Assembly: GCA_001724265.1 (NCBI GenBank) | Contig: MEDY01000149.1 | Coordinates: 1-64,000 of the forward strand | Length of the DNA stretch: 64,000 nt | Direction: 5' to 3' | From: Rhizaria sp. SCN 62-66 | Lineage: Eukaryota | Shown here: piece by piece, positions 52,130 through 63,800 of the stretch | Position numbering within the stretch: the stretch's first letter is position 1 | Layout: each line of letters begins with the position of its first letter | The notes under the pieces: model-generated | The model's input: the letters and a program-made list of their open reading frames with translations, nothing else | What the model was told of the DNA's origin: nothing | The model's database searches: none | Program-made: the position numbers and the translations under genes

Positions 52130-55100
52130 TTACGCAATCCACTTAAGCTCCTTGAACTTAGCGATGAGCTTGACATCCGTATCGGTGAGCTCGTCGTTAT
52201 AGAACTCGAGCAAATCGTCGGTCGAGTGCGAAGTCATGTACGACACCCACTCGTTCGTGTCATCGAAGTGGCGTCCGTAGCACGGCGGGTGAGCAAGCCC
52301 GGTCTGATCGACGTTGATCGACACCTCATCGCCCTTGTGCGCGATGTCCACGGGCTTATCGTCTTTGCGGATGCCCGTCACGCGGCCCAGCTGCAGCTTC
52401 TCCTCGCGCGGGATGAACAGCGGCGTGCCAACGCGGAGCGAGCCGTTGACGATCTTAACACCGCACACAAGAGGATCAGAGTTGTGGAACACGTAGTTCT
52501 TGCCCATCTGCTTCACCACCACGGGGTACACCGGCTTCGCGGCCAGACGCTGCGACTCGCGCACGGCCTTGAAGTGCTGCACGCAGTTGGTACCAAGCGT
52601 GTAAATGACGTCAGCGTCGAAAATCTTGACGCCCATGCGGTCGGCCAGCGCCGCGGCCTCAGAGTCGACCTTGACGTCGAAAGCCAGAAGCACCGCGTAC
52701 TCGGGCTTGTGCTTGTCGAGCTGCACGGAGGTCTTGGTGACGGACGCACGGCTCACGGTGCCGATGTCGAAGCCGGAGACGGGGATGTCAGAAGCGGCCA
52801 AGAACGTCAGCAGAGCCTCGAGCGAGCCGAGAGAGGATGCGTGGACGAAGACACCGTTGTTGTTCATGTCGAGCTTGGAGATGACGGACTGGAGATCCTC
52901 CTGCACACGGTCCTTGATGTCCTCGAGATCGTCGCGCGGGCCGCAGACGAAGAGGGAGGAGCCAGCGAGCACGCCGCTGAGGTTGGGCGCGGAGATCTTG
53001 CAGCCAATGGCGGCGCGGACTGAGGGCGCTGCGATGAGCTCGGTCTTGACACGCGACTCCTTAAGCGGGGGCGGGATCAGCAGCGAGCGGATACGCGTGC
53101 ACACGGGTCCCGAGAGACCGGCGCAGACGATCATGTCCTCCTCCTTGAGCTGGCCGTTGATGAGGATGACGTCGAGCACAGTGCCGTGACCGGGCAGCGA
53201 CTTAACTTCGAGCACGGTGCACTGGAGCTCAGTGTTCTTCTTCTGCGCGAGACGCTGCTGCAGACGCGTCTGCGACATGTCGACGATGAGGGACAGCAGA
53301 TCGGGGATACCTTCACCGGACTTCGACGACACGGGCACGATGGGGTGGTACGAATCCATGTCGTCAAGCGTGAACTCCCAGAAGGGCTTGACGTTGATCG
53401 ACTGCTCGGCGAAAGCCACGAACGTGTGGTTCATCAACTTCTCGAACTCAAACGTAACGTTATCGCTTACCTTGGACAGGGACTGGCGGATCGGGTTGAA
53501 GAAGTTCGCGTCGTCCTTGGGCCAGCCGTAGAGCGCGTCGACCTTGGTGACGGCGACGATGAACGGCGTGTTGCGGGACTTCAGGATCTCGATCGACTCG
53601 AGCGTCTGCTGCTGCAGACCCTTCTGCACGTCGACAATGAGGATCGCGAGATCGCACATGGACGAACCACGCTGGCGCAGCATCGAGAAGGACTCGTGAC
53701 CAGGGGTATCGATCATCAGCATACCGGGCATGTTGGTCGGCAGCTCCTTGCGTGCGGGCTCATCGCCCTTCTCGCCGCCGCCGCCCAGGGTCAGCTTCTC
53801 CATCATATCGCGAATGTTCTCCGCGGGGATGTTTGTCGCGCCGATCTGCTGAGTGATACCACCGGCCTCACCCTTGGCGACGTTGGAGTTGCGCAGCCGA
53901 TCGAGCAACGACGTCTTACCACTGTCGACGTGGCCGAGAATGACCACGATGGGCGCGCGAATGCCGCCCGCGGAGCCGCCGCCGACGGCGGACATGCGCT
54001 CCTCCTCGGCGGCGGCCGCAGCGGCGCGCTCGGCCTCCTCAGCGGCCTTGCGGGCGGCCTCGGCCTCCTTGATCAGCCGGGCCTCGATGTCCTTCTTGGC
54101 GGCATTGAGCACCGTCTCGGCCTCCGCAGCCGCGGCGCGGGCGGCGGGGATCGCAGTCTTGTCCAGCGCGGTGATCTCAGCCGTCACGGTCTCCAGCTCG
54201 GCCTTAGCGGCCTGCGCAGGAGTCAGCTCCTTCACGGCGGCCTCGTCGGCGGCGGGCTCGGCGGGCTCAGCGTCCCACTCGTCAGCGACTTCCTCCTCCC
54301 AGGAGTCCGCGGCCTCGGCCTCGGCGGGCGCGTCGGCGCCGGCCTCAGCGGCCGCGGCGTCGACCACAGCCTTGAGCTCGGCCGCGCGCTCCTGCTTGGT
54401 CTTGAGCTCGGCCTGCGCCGTCGCCAAAGCAGCGGCCGACGTGCGGTACGCCTCGACGATCGCGGGCTGGGTCTCGCCCACGAGCGCAATCGCGCGCTCG
54501 CGCAGCGCGGCGGCCGCGGCCTCGGCCTTCTCGCGCGCGGCCGCGATGCGCTCCAGCTCGATCTGTGCCTTGGTCTTCTGCACCACCTTGGGCGTGACAC
54601 GCTTGGGCTTGTTCTCTTCGCTCTCCCCAGCAGCACCGGCTGCGGCGCCCGCGACCAGGCCGGAGGCGAGGAGGTGCGCGCGCTGGCGCTCGAGCGCCTG
54701 CTGCTTCTCGCGCTGTGCCTTGGTGAGCAACGTGCCTTCAGCGCGGCGGCGTTCACGGTCAATGCGGCGCTCCTCGGCCTCGCGGGCCTTGACGGCGGCG
54801 GCCTCGGCAGCCTCGGCCTCGATGCGCGCGATCTCGGCCTTCTGCGCGTCCTCAAACTCCTTCTTCTGGCGTTCGTACTCGCGGCGCTCCTCTTGCTGCT
54901 TCTTGATCAGGGCGATGCGCGCGTTGGTAGCCGGGTTGGCAGCCGCGGCCTTCTTGGCGGCGGCATCGGACTCAGCCTTGGCGTCAGCCTTGGCCTTGAG
55001 CTTGGCCTTCTCAGCGGCCGCCTTCTCCTCGTTGGCCTTCTTCTCGGCCTCGGCCTTAGCGGCGGCCACAAGCTCGGGGTCCTCCTCGCCGCGGGCGAGG

Positions 55101-55201
55101 GCGGCCTCGCGCTCCGCGGCCTTCTTGGCCTTGACGTCGCCGAGGATGTCGTCGAGGAAATCGTCCTCGTCGTTCTTCTTCTTACCCTTGTTCTTAGACA
55201 T
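52130..55201 (-). CDS. eIF5B: Eukaryotic translation initiation factor 5B (IF2-family GTPase)
   Basis: GTPase motifs [30 protein letters not shown] and [22 protein letters not shown] and YGRHFD; charged N-terminal extension. Intronless, TAA end. Confidence 0.97.
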   Translation of the reverse strand: MSKNKGKKKNDEDDFLDDILGDVKAKKAAEREAALARGEEDPELVAAAKAEAEKKANEEKAAAEKAKLKAKADAKAESDAAAKKAAAANPATNARIALIKKQQEERREYERQKKEFEDAQKAEIARIEAEAAEAAAVKAREAEERRIDRERRRAEGTLLTKAQREKQQALERQRAHLLASGLVAGAAAGAAGESEENKPKRVTPKVVQKTKAQIELERIAAAREKAEAAAAALRERAIALVGETQPAIVEAYRTSAAALATAQAELKTKQERAAELKAVVDAAAAEAGADAPAEAEAADSWEEEVADEWDAEPAEPAADEAAVKELTPAQAAKAELETVTAEITALDKTAIPAARAAAAEAETVLNAAKKDIEARLIKEAEAARKAAEEAERAAAAAAEEERMSAVGGGSAGGIRAPIVVILGHVDSGKTSLLDRLRNSNVAKGEAGGITQQIGATNIPAENIRDMMEKLTLGGGGEKGDEPARKELPTNMPGMLMIDTPGHESFSMLRQRGSSMCDLAILIVDVQKGLQQQTLESIEILKSRNTPFIVAVTKVDALYGWPKDDANFFNPIRQSLSKVSDNVTFEFEKLMNHTFVAFAEQSINVKPFWEFTLDDMDSYHPIVPVSSKSGEGIPDLLSLIVDMSQTRLQQRLAQKKNTELQCTVLEVKSLPGHGTVLDVILINGQLKEEDMIVCAGLSGPVCTRIRSLLIPPPLKESRVKTELIAAPSVRAAIGCKISAPNLSGVLAGSSLFVCGPRDDLEDIKDRVQEDLQSVISKLDMNNNGVFVHASSLGSLEALLTFLAASDIPVSGFDIGTVSRASVTKTSVQLDKHKPEYAVLLAFDVKVDSEAAALADRMGVKIFDADVIYTLGTNCVQHFKAVRESQRLAAKPVYPVVVKQMGKNYVFHNSDPLVCGVKIVNGSLRVGTPLFIPREEKLQLGRVTGIRKDDKPVDIAHKGDEVSINVDQTGLAHPPCYGRHFDDTNEWVSYMTSHSTDDLLEFYNDELTDTDVKLIAKFKELKWIA

Positions 55202-56015
55202 GGCTCGAACTGTCAGTCGGTAACGGAGCGAGAACACGCGATCCGAGTGGGACGGGGGTCCAACAGGGCAGAGAGAATACGCGCAGAACGAAAGAGCGAG
55301 AGAGTGATGCGGGAGTGGGGAAGAGGTGCGACAAGCGCGGACGGGTCAAAGGGAAGAATAAGAGGGGTAGATGAGAAATAAGAACATAAGAAAGATAGGC
55401 CTATGTTGCAGCTTGTGGGATATGAAGCCATCATGTGCTGGACGGATATACAGCGGTGCTTAGGGTATGAATGCGATCCGGATCGACATGAAAAGACTTG
55501 TGGTGCGCATGGAATTCGACGATACACAGGGGGCGAGCGCGGCCCTCTTGAGTCATATGAATAGCGTAGGAATACAGCTAACTGCGCAACCCTACCGAGA
55601 TGAGGCGCGCAGCTTAACCCAGGGGCGGCCACGGGCAAATCGGGCAGATGTTTCACTCTCCTTCGATCGATGCGCCGCACACCACTGACTGTGAGCAGCG
55701 CGCCTCTGTGGCGCCAAGCCGAGCCAGACTGAGCAAAGTCGGCAACGGATGGGACAGGCCAGAAACCGCTGTTATTTACACCTCGATTTGGCGGATAATC
55801 CATCATCAAAGTTTGGTGATATGGTTGTCAACGACAAATGAAAACGTTTACTATAAGATCATTATATTTTAGTTGCGCTCGTTGACATATGTGTTGCGCT
55901 GTGTATCCACAAAATTCCGCTCTGACAGCCCGTCTACACTGTCGACTCGACTGGCCCTCACACACCCCGCCTCGGCCTTTCCCCTTGTCCCTGCATCTCT
56001 AGAGCCGGGTTCACA

Positions 56016-58065
56016 ATGATGAACAACCGGCAGAACTCTGCCTTTGAGGAGCTCATCCAAAAGGAACAGCGGTACGTCCTCCATGCCCCCACTTCTCACA
56101 GTCCCTACAGGCCCTCTCTCAGCCCAACATCGCTGCCTGCTCGCACAACACCGCCCCTCAACATAATCTTCCCTGACACACTCCCCACTTTTGCACACTG
56201 CGTTTGCCGCTCTACACAGCACTAAGGCCCGCTGGCAGCGCACGCACGGCCGCGCAATGGCGCTCGAGTCCGGCGTGCTGCCCGATTCCGGCATGATGCT
56301 CGCCAACGACGAGTTTATGTCGGCCACCGCGGGCTCTGCCGCCGTGCCGCTGCCGCGCCCCGACCCGGCCGCCGCCGCCGCGCTTGCCTCCGCGTCGTTT
56401 GTCGGCCGCCCGCGCTTTGCCGACTCCCAGGCCATTCCCCGCAACACCGCCAGTAACAACGGCAACGGCCGTACACAGTCCCCCCGCCCAAGCGATAACA
56501 ACAACGCGGCCGACAACGGCGGCTTCGACGCCTGCGCGGACCCGTTTGCGCAAACCGTGGGCGAGTGCCCCGTGCTCTCCGACGCCGGCTTCCCCCTCGT
56601 CCGCAAGAAGGTCGTCCGCACCGTCGAAGTTCCCGTCACGCGCACGGTCAAAGTGCCCATCAAGCTCGCTCCTAGCGCCGCCAACCCGGAGCGCGCGGGC
56701 CGCGCGTTCCACGTCGTGAACGAGAGCTACACCGACTACGTTGAGCGCCCCGCCGTGCGCCACCGCGAAGTCTGGGTGAAGCGCGTCGTCCCGGAACAGT
56801 ACCTGCAGCGCGTACCCGTGACCCGCACGCGCCAGATCAAGGTACCCGTGGCTGAGGGCGCCGGGTACTCGGTCGTGCCGCCGCAGCAGGCCGACGCGTG
56901 GCGCATTGACCAGGTGCAGGAGACGAAGCTTGTCGAGGTTGAGGAGTGGGCTGATTTTGAGCTCCGGCCGGTGCCGGTCACGCGCCCCGTCCCCGTCGCA
57001 GCACGGTACGTGATGTTATAATTGAGCGAATATCTTGCTTAGCTCGTGTATAATGACATAATAATTATGTCCAGAAACGTAATCTATAACTTATTTTGCC
57101 TGCTCTAACTCAATAACTCATCAATGCTCGCGATATCCTCCGTTTTTTGTGTTTCCATATGCTCGCTCGCAGTGAGATCCCCATGGAGCGCGGGCCCTAC
57201 ACCGCCTCAAACCCGCGCCAGGTGCTCAAGATTGTCCGCGGCTCCGACCCGGCGCACGAGACCGTCCGCGAGGTCGACCAGTCCCCCGTTGTCGCCTCCG
57301 CCGTCTTCGAGCCCGCCAACAATGGCAGCGCCGCTGCTGCGAACACTCGGACCAGTGGCGCCGCGCGCGGTAGTGGCAACCCGAAGCGCAGCCAGACGCA
57401 GCGCGCTGGCGGCGTCAAGGGTTTCAGCGGCAGCCGCACGCACGCGCTCGCGGCCACAAACGGCGCCATTCACAGCTCCGACCGTACGTCTTTATCTCAC
57501 GTCACTCTGTATTCCTCTGTTTTGTGGTGTAAAATGCGTCCTGAAACCTTTTTCTCTTGCTCACATGTCGTTATTGTTGTTTGTCTTCATCTTTACACTG
57601 TGTATAGTGTCCCGCCGTGCGCCCCCCGCGCCGTCTGCGGAGCAGCTCGCCGCGCAGCGCCGAGCTAACGCCGCCGTTTCCTCCCTCGGCTTCACGGGCT
57701 CGCTCGCCGCCACACTCCCGCCCGCGCCTGGTGCCGTGCCCAGCGGCCCGCGCGTGGGGATGAATGCCGGCGTCGCTGCCTCTTGGGGGCTGCGCACCGT
57801 GCCCGTCGGCGCGGACGGCCCGGCGGCGGCCGTGACCTCCGGCGGCGTCCGAGTCGTCGGTGTCACCCCGCTCACCGCGCCCGCCGTCGCCGGTCTGCAG
57901 GTGCGCGACGTGATCACGCACGTCAACGCGCGCCCCACGCCGTCGCCCGAGGCGCTGGCGCGCGCGCTGGATGGGTCGGATGGCCCCGTCGCGCTGTCTG
58001 TCGTGCGCGGCGCGATCAAGATGAAGGTCGTCGTGATGCTCTCAAATAAGAACAAGGGGTATTGA
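56016..58065 (+). CDS. Four-exon protein with Val/Pro/charged (VEVPV-type) repeats and a C-terminal PDZ domain; exons 56016-56071, 56220-57005, 57173-57483, 57608-58065
   Basis: Three GTACGT...YAG introns each restore the frame. The C-terminus WGLRT...GGVRVVGVTPLTAPAVAGLQVRDVITHVNARP...GPVALSVVRG is a PDZ signature. Ends in TGA. Confidence 0.8.
56072..56219 (+). other. Spliceosomal intron (148 nt)
   Basis: GTACGT...CACAG, phase 2, frame consistent. Confidence 0.8.
57006..57172 (+). other. Spliceosomal intron (167 nt)
   Basis: GTACGT...CGCAG, AT-rich, phase 2, frame consistent. Confidence 0.8.
57484..57607 (+). other. Spliceosomal intron (124 nt)
   Basis: GTACGT...TATAG, T-rich, phase 1, frame consistent. 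Confidence 0.8.
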
Positions 58066-58788
58066 AGTGTGAGCAACTGAGCAGTGGACACCGCTCCAGT
58101 CTACGCGTCGTGCTGTTCTGCTGGTGTGAATAAGACTGCGGCGTGGGGAAGTTAAGTCACCCCTCGCAAGAAGTCAAACTACACCCGCAACACGCCCGCA
58201 CTGTGACAACAGTCACTTACAAGAGCATCTCTGTTGATATGCTTCGTTTGTATGACATGCATGCTGCTCTTTTCGGTTCCGTCCCTGTTTCTGTTTTTTG
58301 TTTATGACATTGTTGTTTGCCCTGGTTCTCCATAGTACACTGTGAGAGGCCGGGCCAGCGCCGCGCGCTTTGACGCGCGACGCCGTATGTCACAGCACAG
58401 CTGATGGATGATACTGGTGACTGGCGAGCTCTGCTGTTCGCATCGACAGCCCGTCCTACCCACATGCACTGTCTGTCTTCTGTTTGACGTTCCTCTAGAT
58501 CACATCAAATAAACACAAAATACTTCAATCTTAACCCGACATGTCTGCTGCTTCGATCAATAAAATCAATTGAACATCGATGTATTTGAAAGCGTCCCAC
58601 TGTAGCGACGCATATGTGCTTTAAAACGTCAAACGTACGTTAACAACAACTAAAATATATATCGAAACTCAACCTATTCAAACTAAATCGTATTACAACA
58701 ACAAAACAATCCAATAACACATCACATCATACACTGCATCATAACTCTCTAGTCGAGCCTTGCTCGCGTTGCCCACAGACACTCGCGC

Positions 58789-59944
58789 TTAGACTGGCGG
58801 CGGGGGCATGAACGACGCGGGGTAGAGCCCGTCGTCGAGCGCGACATAGGCCCCGCCTCTGGACACCGTGAGCCCGCGCTGGCCCGGCACGCCGCCCTGC
58901 ACCGTCGTCGCGGGGGCGTAAAAGGGCCGCGAGCACCGACGCTTGATGACCGAGAGCAGCAGCGCGAGGACGAAAAACCCGGCGGCGGCGACGGGCGTGA
59001 GCGCGTACCACAGCGCGCCGTGTTCGTCCCAGTTGAGGAAGTTGTAGATCCAGATCCCGCGGCGGTGGTGGTACAGTGCAACGTAGCCCAGTGCGCCGCA
59101 GACCGTGAGCAGTGGCGCCCACACGTGGCGCAGGAGCACTGACCAGCGCGTGAGGAGGAAGTCGATCGAGAGCAGTGTGAGCGGGATGCCGTGCATGCAG
59201 AGGTTGGCGAGCAGCTCGCTGCCATCGGCGGGTCGGGACTCGGAGGGGTAGATGAGAGCCCAGTACACCACGGTGACGACGCAGCCACCTACCCAGAGCG
59301 TGGTGAATAACAGCCAGACGAGCTTAAGTGAGAAGCCCAGTGGCGCGGGCGACGCGTGGGGGCCGTAGGCGGAGACCTGCTTGATGTAGTGACGGTTCGG
59401 CAGCGCGGAGAGCGCGGCAATGAAGAAATAGCCGCACGTGGCAGCCATGGTGATGAACGAAAGAGTGTGGTAGACTGGCACGCCGTTCTCGCCAGAGTGC
59501 GAGAAAATCCGGATCACATCAACAATGCCTGCAAGGGGAACGACAAGACATAAATACAACGCAGGATCGGATAGAATAACGCAGGATGAGCGAGAGACAT
59601 TACCAGTGGAACAACAAAAAATGATAGTTGGAGGAAAGAGAACTTGGCGAATAACGGACATCGGAAAGAGAGTATATCGTCATAGTAACACGCCTTCTGC
59701 GTAAATTAACCGTGTGAAGTGCGTGAAAAACTGTGATACATCGCTATCAAAAATGGAGGTGATGCAGATACGTACCGAAAATGAGGAAAGCACAGGCGAG
59801 GATCCTGAAGACAACGAGCGTGGCGGGAGGGCCGACCGTCGAGGCCACGGCCTCAGGGGCCGTGATCTCATGCCAGCCGCAGCACGACGTCTCCGTCTTG
59901 GTCTCGACGTGCTGGTATGAGTTCACCGTGTGCATGCCGAGCAT
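58789..59944 (-). CDS. Multi-pass membrane protein of the rolling-stone / FAR-17a-AIG1-like family; exons 59944-59776 and 59528-58789
   Basis: Motifs VVFR, SFITMAATCGYF, VVTVVYWAL, NLCMHG, HVWAPL and WIYNFLNW, with about 6 hydrophobic segments. A phase-1 intron GTACGT...TGCAG joins the exons. The start could be 59944 or 59935. Ends in TAA. Confidence 0.75.
59529..59775 (-). other. Spliceosomal intron (247 nt)
   Basis: GTACGT donor and CCTTGCAG acceptor on the minus strand; frame consistent. Confidence 0.75.
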
Positions 59945-60842
59945 ATGACGGGACTCACAGCGGTCACGAGGAGGAGGCAACAAGACCAAGCTCGCACGCC
60001 TAGAGGCCGGAAGTTAAGGTCTTCAGCAGCGATAAAAAATGCGATGATACAAAGTGAGTTTGATTGAGTGTGTAATGCACGTTATTTTAATGGTCATGAA
60101 CAAAATATGGCACAAATGACGACTATATTATCTCAGAAAATGTCGTTGAAATCCAGGAGCCCATCACATCATGATCGACGTAGAAGACGAAGAAAAAAAT
60201 AGTGTACTAGTATCATTCAGCCCATCAACAAAATTAGAGACGCGGCGACAACTTTTGTAAGCTTACCAGTGCTATTGCTTGGGTCGATCGATGCATCACA
60301 TGATGATATACGCAAAAATTATATTCACTTTGCACTTGGCTGTGCTTTTTGAAACGAGAGCTGGCTCAGCAACTTAAGTGCCTGGGTTTACTTAAACTGT
60401 TGTTGAGACGCCTTGTGCACATGAGCCGAATGCGACGCAAAGTGATATTGACAATGGCATCGCTCTGCATGACAACTTCTACTTTGCGTAGATGGTTGAT
60501 ATTGGGCGTGGATGAGGGAGTGTGTGAGAGTGTGTGTGTGCGGCAACTCTAGTGTGCTTTAGCTATTGTTTTCTGACAGCGGAGCTTGTATGAATACAAT
60601 ACATATAATTAACATTATATACATGTAACAAGATAATATTAATTATATAATTAATATAATGCTGTAGCTGAAACGAAAAGCTGTACATGTATTGATTCAT
60701 TTGTCTCAAAGCGACGTGGTATAGTAACCATCGGATATGGTTTACGTCTATGAATCCAAAACCGTAACTAGTGAAGTACATGTACTTGATGGACTCTGCT
60801 TGGTCACTATGGATTCTTAAATAGGACTATATAACTCTGGTT

Positions 60843-63800
60843 TTATATAGCGTTATGGCAAAAGTACCTGTTAAGCTCCTGCGCAAAGCCGCGACTGGGA
60901 TAAATGCCGGCACCTGAGCCTGCACCCGCGCCAGCTCCGATCTCCGCCTCGGCCTCTGCCACCGCGGCCATTGCGCAGTGCAGCATCGCCCGCATCACCT
61001 CTTTCGCGCCCACCCCATGCTCTTGCTCTCGCGCTTTCTCCTGATCATGCTCCGTCTCCGAATCTTGCACCCCACTAGGCTCCTGCGAGTGCAACGCGAT
61101 CTGCAGCGGCGGCAGCACGGCGGGCACGCCAAACATCAGCGTCGCACCCGTTGCAGCAGCCCGGCGCGCACTCGCGTTCACAGCGCCACACTGCCGCGCG
61201 CAGAGCGCAAACCGCGGACTGCGGCCAGCCGCGCACCGCAGCACATTGCCCACAGTCACCGTAGGCACCGTGACGCCGCCAGCGCCGGGGCCATCAGTGG
61301 GCGAGGGCCGGCAGAGAGCGAGCATCACGGCGGCGGCCAGACAGGTCGACGTCTCAGCGCAATCGCTCAACAGCAGCAACGGTGCGATCTGTGCCGCAGC
61401 CGCGCTCACAGTAGCCGCGGCGGCAGCAGCAGCGGCTGCGAGGAAGCGAGGCAACGCCTTAAAGAGCGAAAGCTTCGCCGAGCGTGCAGGCGACACCGGC
61501 AACACAAGCACACGCGCAACTGCGGCAAAGCCGTCGCCACAGCGGCTCGCGGCGGTTGCCACGGCTGCACTCACGATGGAAGCGACCTGTGCGGCGGCCT
61601 CTGCGGCTGCGGCTTGCGCGGGAGCTGTCGCTGCAACAGCACTGGCAAACTCCGCGGCGTCCAGGTCTAAGGGGGTACTTACACTGGCGCCGTCGGAAGC
61701 GCAGCCAGGAAGCACGCCCAGTGCCGAGAGCGCGCGAGCCAGCGCCAGTGCGCGTCCGCGGCCACCCGCTTGGTCCTGCTTGTCTTGCTTGCTCGTCTTG
61801 GCCTTGGTAATCTGTGCTTTGGCACTACTGTCTGTTGCATTGTTGTCCACGTCAACGGTGCAGCTGGTGTGAAGAGTAGCAAGAACTGCGGCTGCGGCAG
61901 GCGCGTCTGAGTGACCGGTAAGAGCGCTTAGCACTGGCGCCAGAGCGCAACGCGGTAAAACCACCCCTGTGCAATCGCCATCTGTGTCCGCGTGGCTGCG
62001 AGTAACTGTAAGCAACAGAGCAGGTGTGTCCGCAGCGTATATACCACCTTCACAGTCACAGTTAGAGTTGCTTGTGGAGGAACACTGCTTGGTGTGACTG
62101 CGGCAGAGTCCGTGCTTCTGCGCCTCCGCTGGCGACAACAGCCGTGCACGCACTACAACGCGGTCGCCGTTCTTATCACACGGGCTTTGTTGTGCAGCGA
62201 CGACAACAAGCAGCGCCGCAGCGGAAGCCTGACTTGTCACAACGGTCAACGCTACGCGGCTCGCCACGTCACCAGCAGCGTCACTGGTAGCCGCAGCAGA
62301 AATAGAAACAGCAGCAGTGGCTGCGGCGGTTGCTAGAGGGGCGTAGCGTAGACCGCTGCCAGTCGCGTCTGAGAGAGTGACCGTAGGCACCCCAGCGCCA
62401 GGCGGCGGCAACACACTCGCATTGCCGTTAGTCGCAACTGCGCCGCGCATATACCAGTCGTCTTGTACCGGGACGGCAGTGCTTGAAGTGTGCGCGCTGC
62501 CGCCGTTCTTTGCTGCAGTAACGTTAACAACAGCGGAAGCGGTACCGTTGGCCGCAGTGGTCGCAGATGAAGCAGTGACGGCATCCGCGCCCTGTGCGCC
62601 GGCGATAACTGCGGCGATACGCGCGTCACAGTCCGCAGCACCGCGCGAACTGAGCAAAAACACACGATTAGCCCAGAAAAGCTCCGGTGTAAGTCCGCGT
62701 GCCCATGTCTCTTCGTCGTCGCCAGCGCCCTGCACGTACGTCCACTCGCGCGACACGCCCACGGTCACGTCAACCGGCGCAGCGGATGTCATTGCAGCAA
62801 TAGCGCTCACACTGCGACTGCCCGTAACGCTATTGTCGTCGTTGTCGCTGTCTTCCTCAACATCATCCTCATCGTTCACGTCATCATCATCATTGCTGTC
62901 GGCTTCGTTGCCGGCTCCCAATGAACGTTCGAATACAAAGCCGCAATCGTCGTCGCCACCATCATTGCCGTTCTTAGGAACGTTGATAGCGGCAGCAGCA
63001 GAATGTTCCGGTTTTGCGCCAACGCCCATGCTCTTACTTTTGCCTTTCCCCTTGCCCTTATTAACAGCAGCTGCAGTGGCCTCCGCGCTGTCGCAGCCGT
63101 TACCCGCGCCGCCGCCGTGGTTTGCCTCCGCGTCCTCCGCTCCCGCCGCGCCGCCCGCCGCCGAAGCGTAACCGGTAAGGAATGAGTGTCCGTGCGCAGG
63201 CGCTTCGCCGACAGGCCGCGACGCAGAGTAGAGATACAGCGCGGTCGCAGTCTCCGCAGCGCCCACAGCCACCGTGTTCTGCTCAGGCGTCGTCGTAGAG
63301 TCTGTTGATGTGTCGCTGTCAACACACGCCACCGAGACAACGCCGCCGCAAGAGGTCGGCGCAAAAGGGTGTGGCTGCCGCGTCACAGACGCAGTCGCGG
63401 TGGCAGAGTCGCTTTTATCCGCAGCAGCGCCCCCAGACGCGGCTTGACTTTCCACGTGCACGGCGGCCAGGTCCTCGGCCAGCGAACCGCGGTGCAGCCA
63501 CACCGGCCGCAGCGGCAGCGCGCGCAGCGACCACAGCATCGGCGCCGGGGCCGCAGTCGTGTTGTTGCCGGCGCCGCCGCCGCGGCTGTTGCTGCCGTGG
63601 TGAAAAGCGACCGCTGTGGCGGCGAGGTGTGCGAGAACTTCACCGCGCGTCGGCGGCCGCACAAGAGCGCGCGCGAGCGGCCGCAGGCGGGCGCCGCAGT
63701 GGGCTGCGAGCTCTTTGCTCAGCCGCGGCAGCGCGAGGGTAGCGATCAAGTGGCGCTCCAGCGGGGGCAGAGCGGGTGGCAGCTGCGGCTGCGTGGGCAG

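Noticed and set aside
53186-55381. Long plus-strand ORFs opposite eIF5B
   Set aside because: Antisense shadows of a highly biased conserved gene.
14200-60840. Suppressor tRNA (CUA anticodon) or other RNA gene in the intergenic spacers
   Set aside because: No cloverleaf or A/B-box pattern recognised by eye; tRNAscan-SE or Infernal would be needed.
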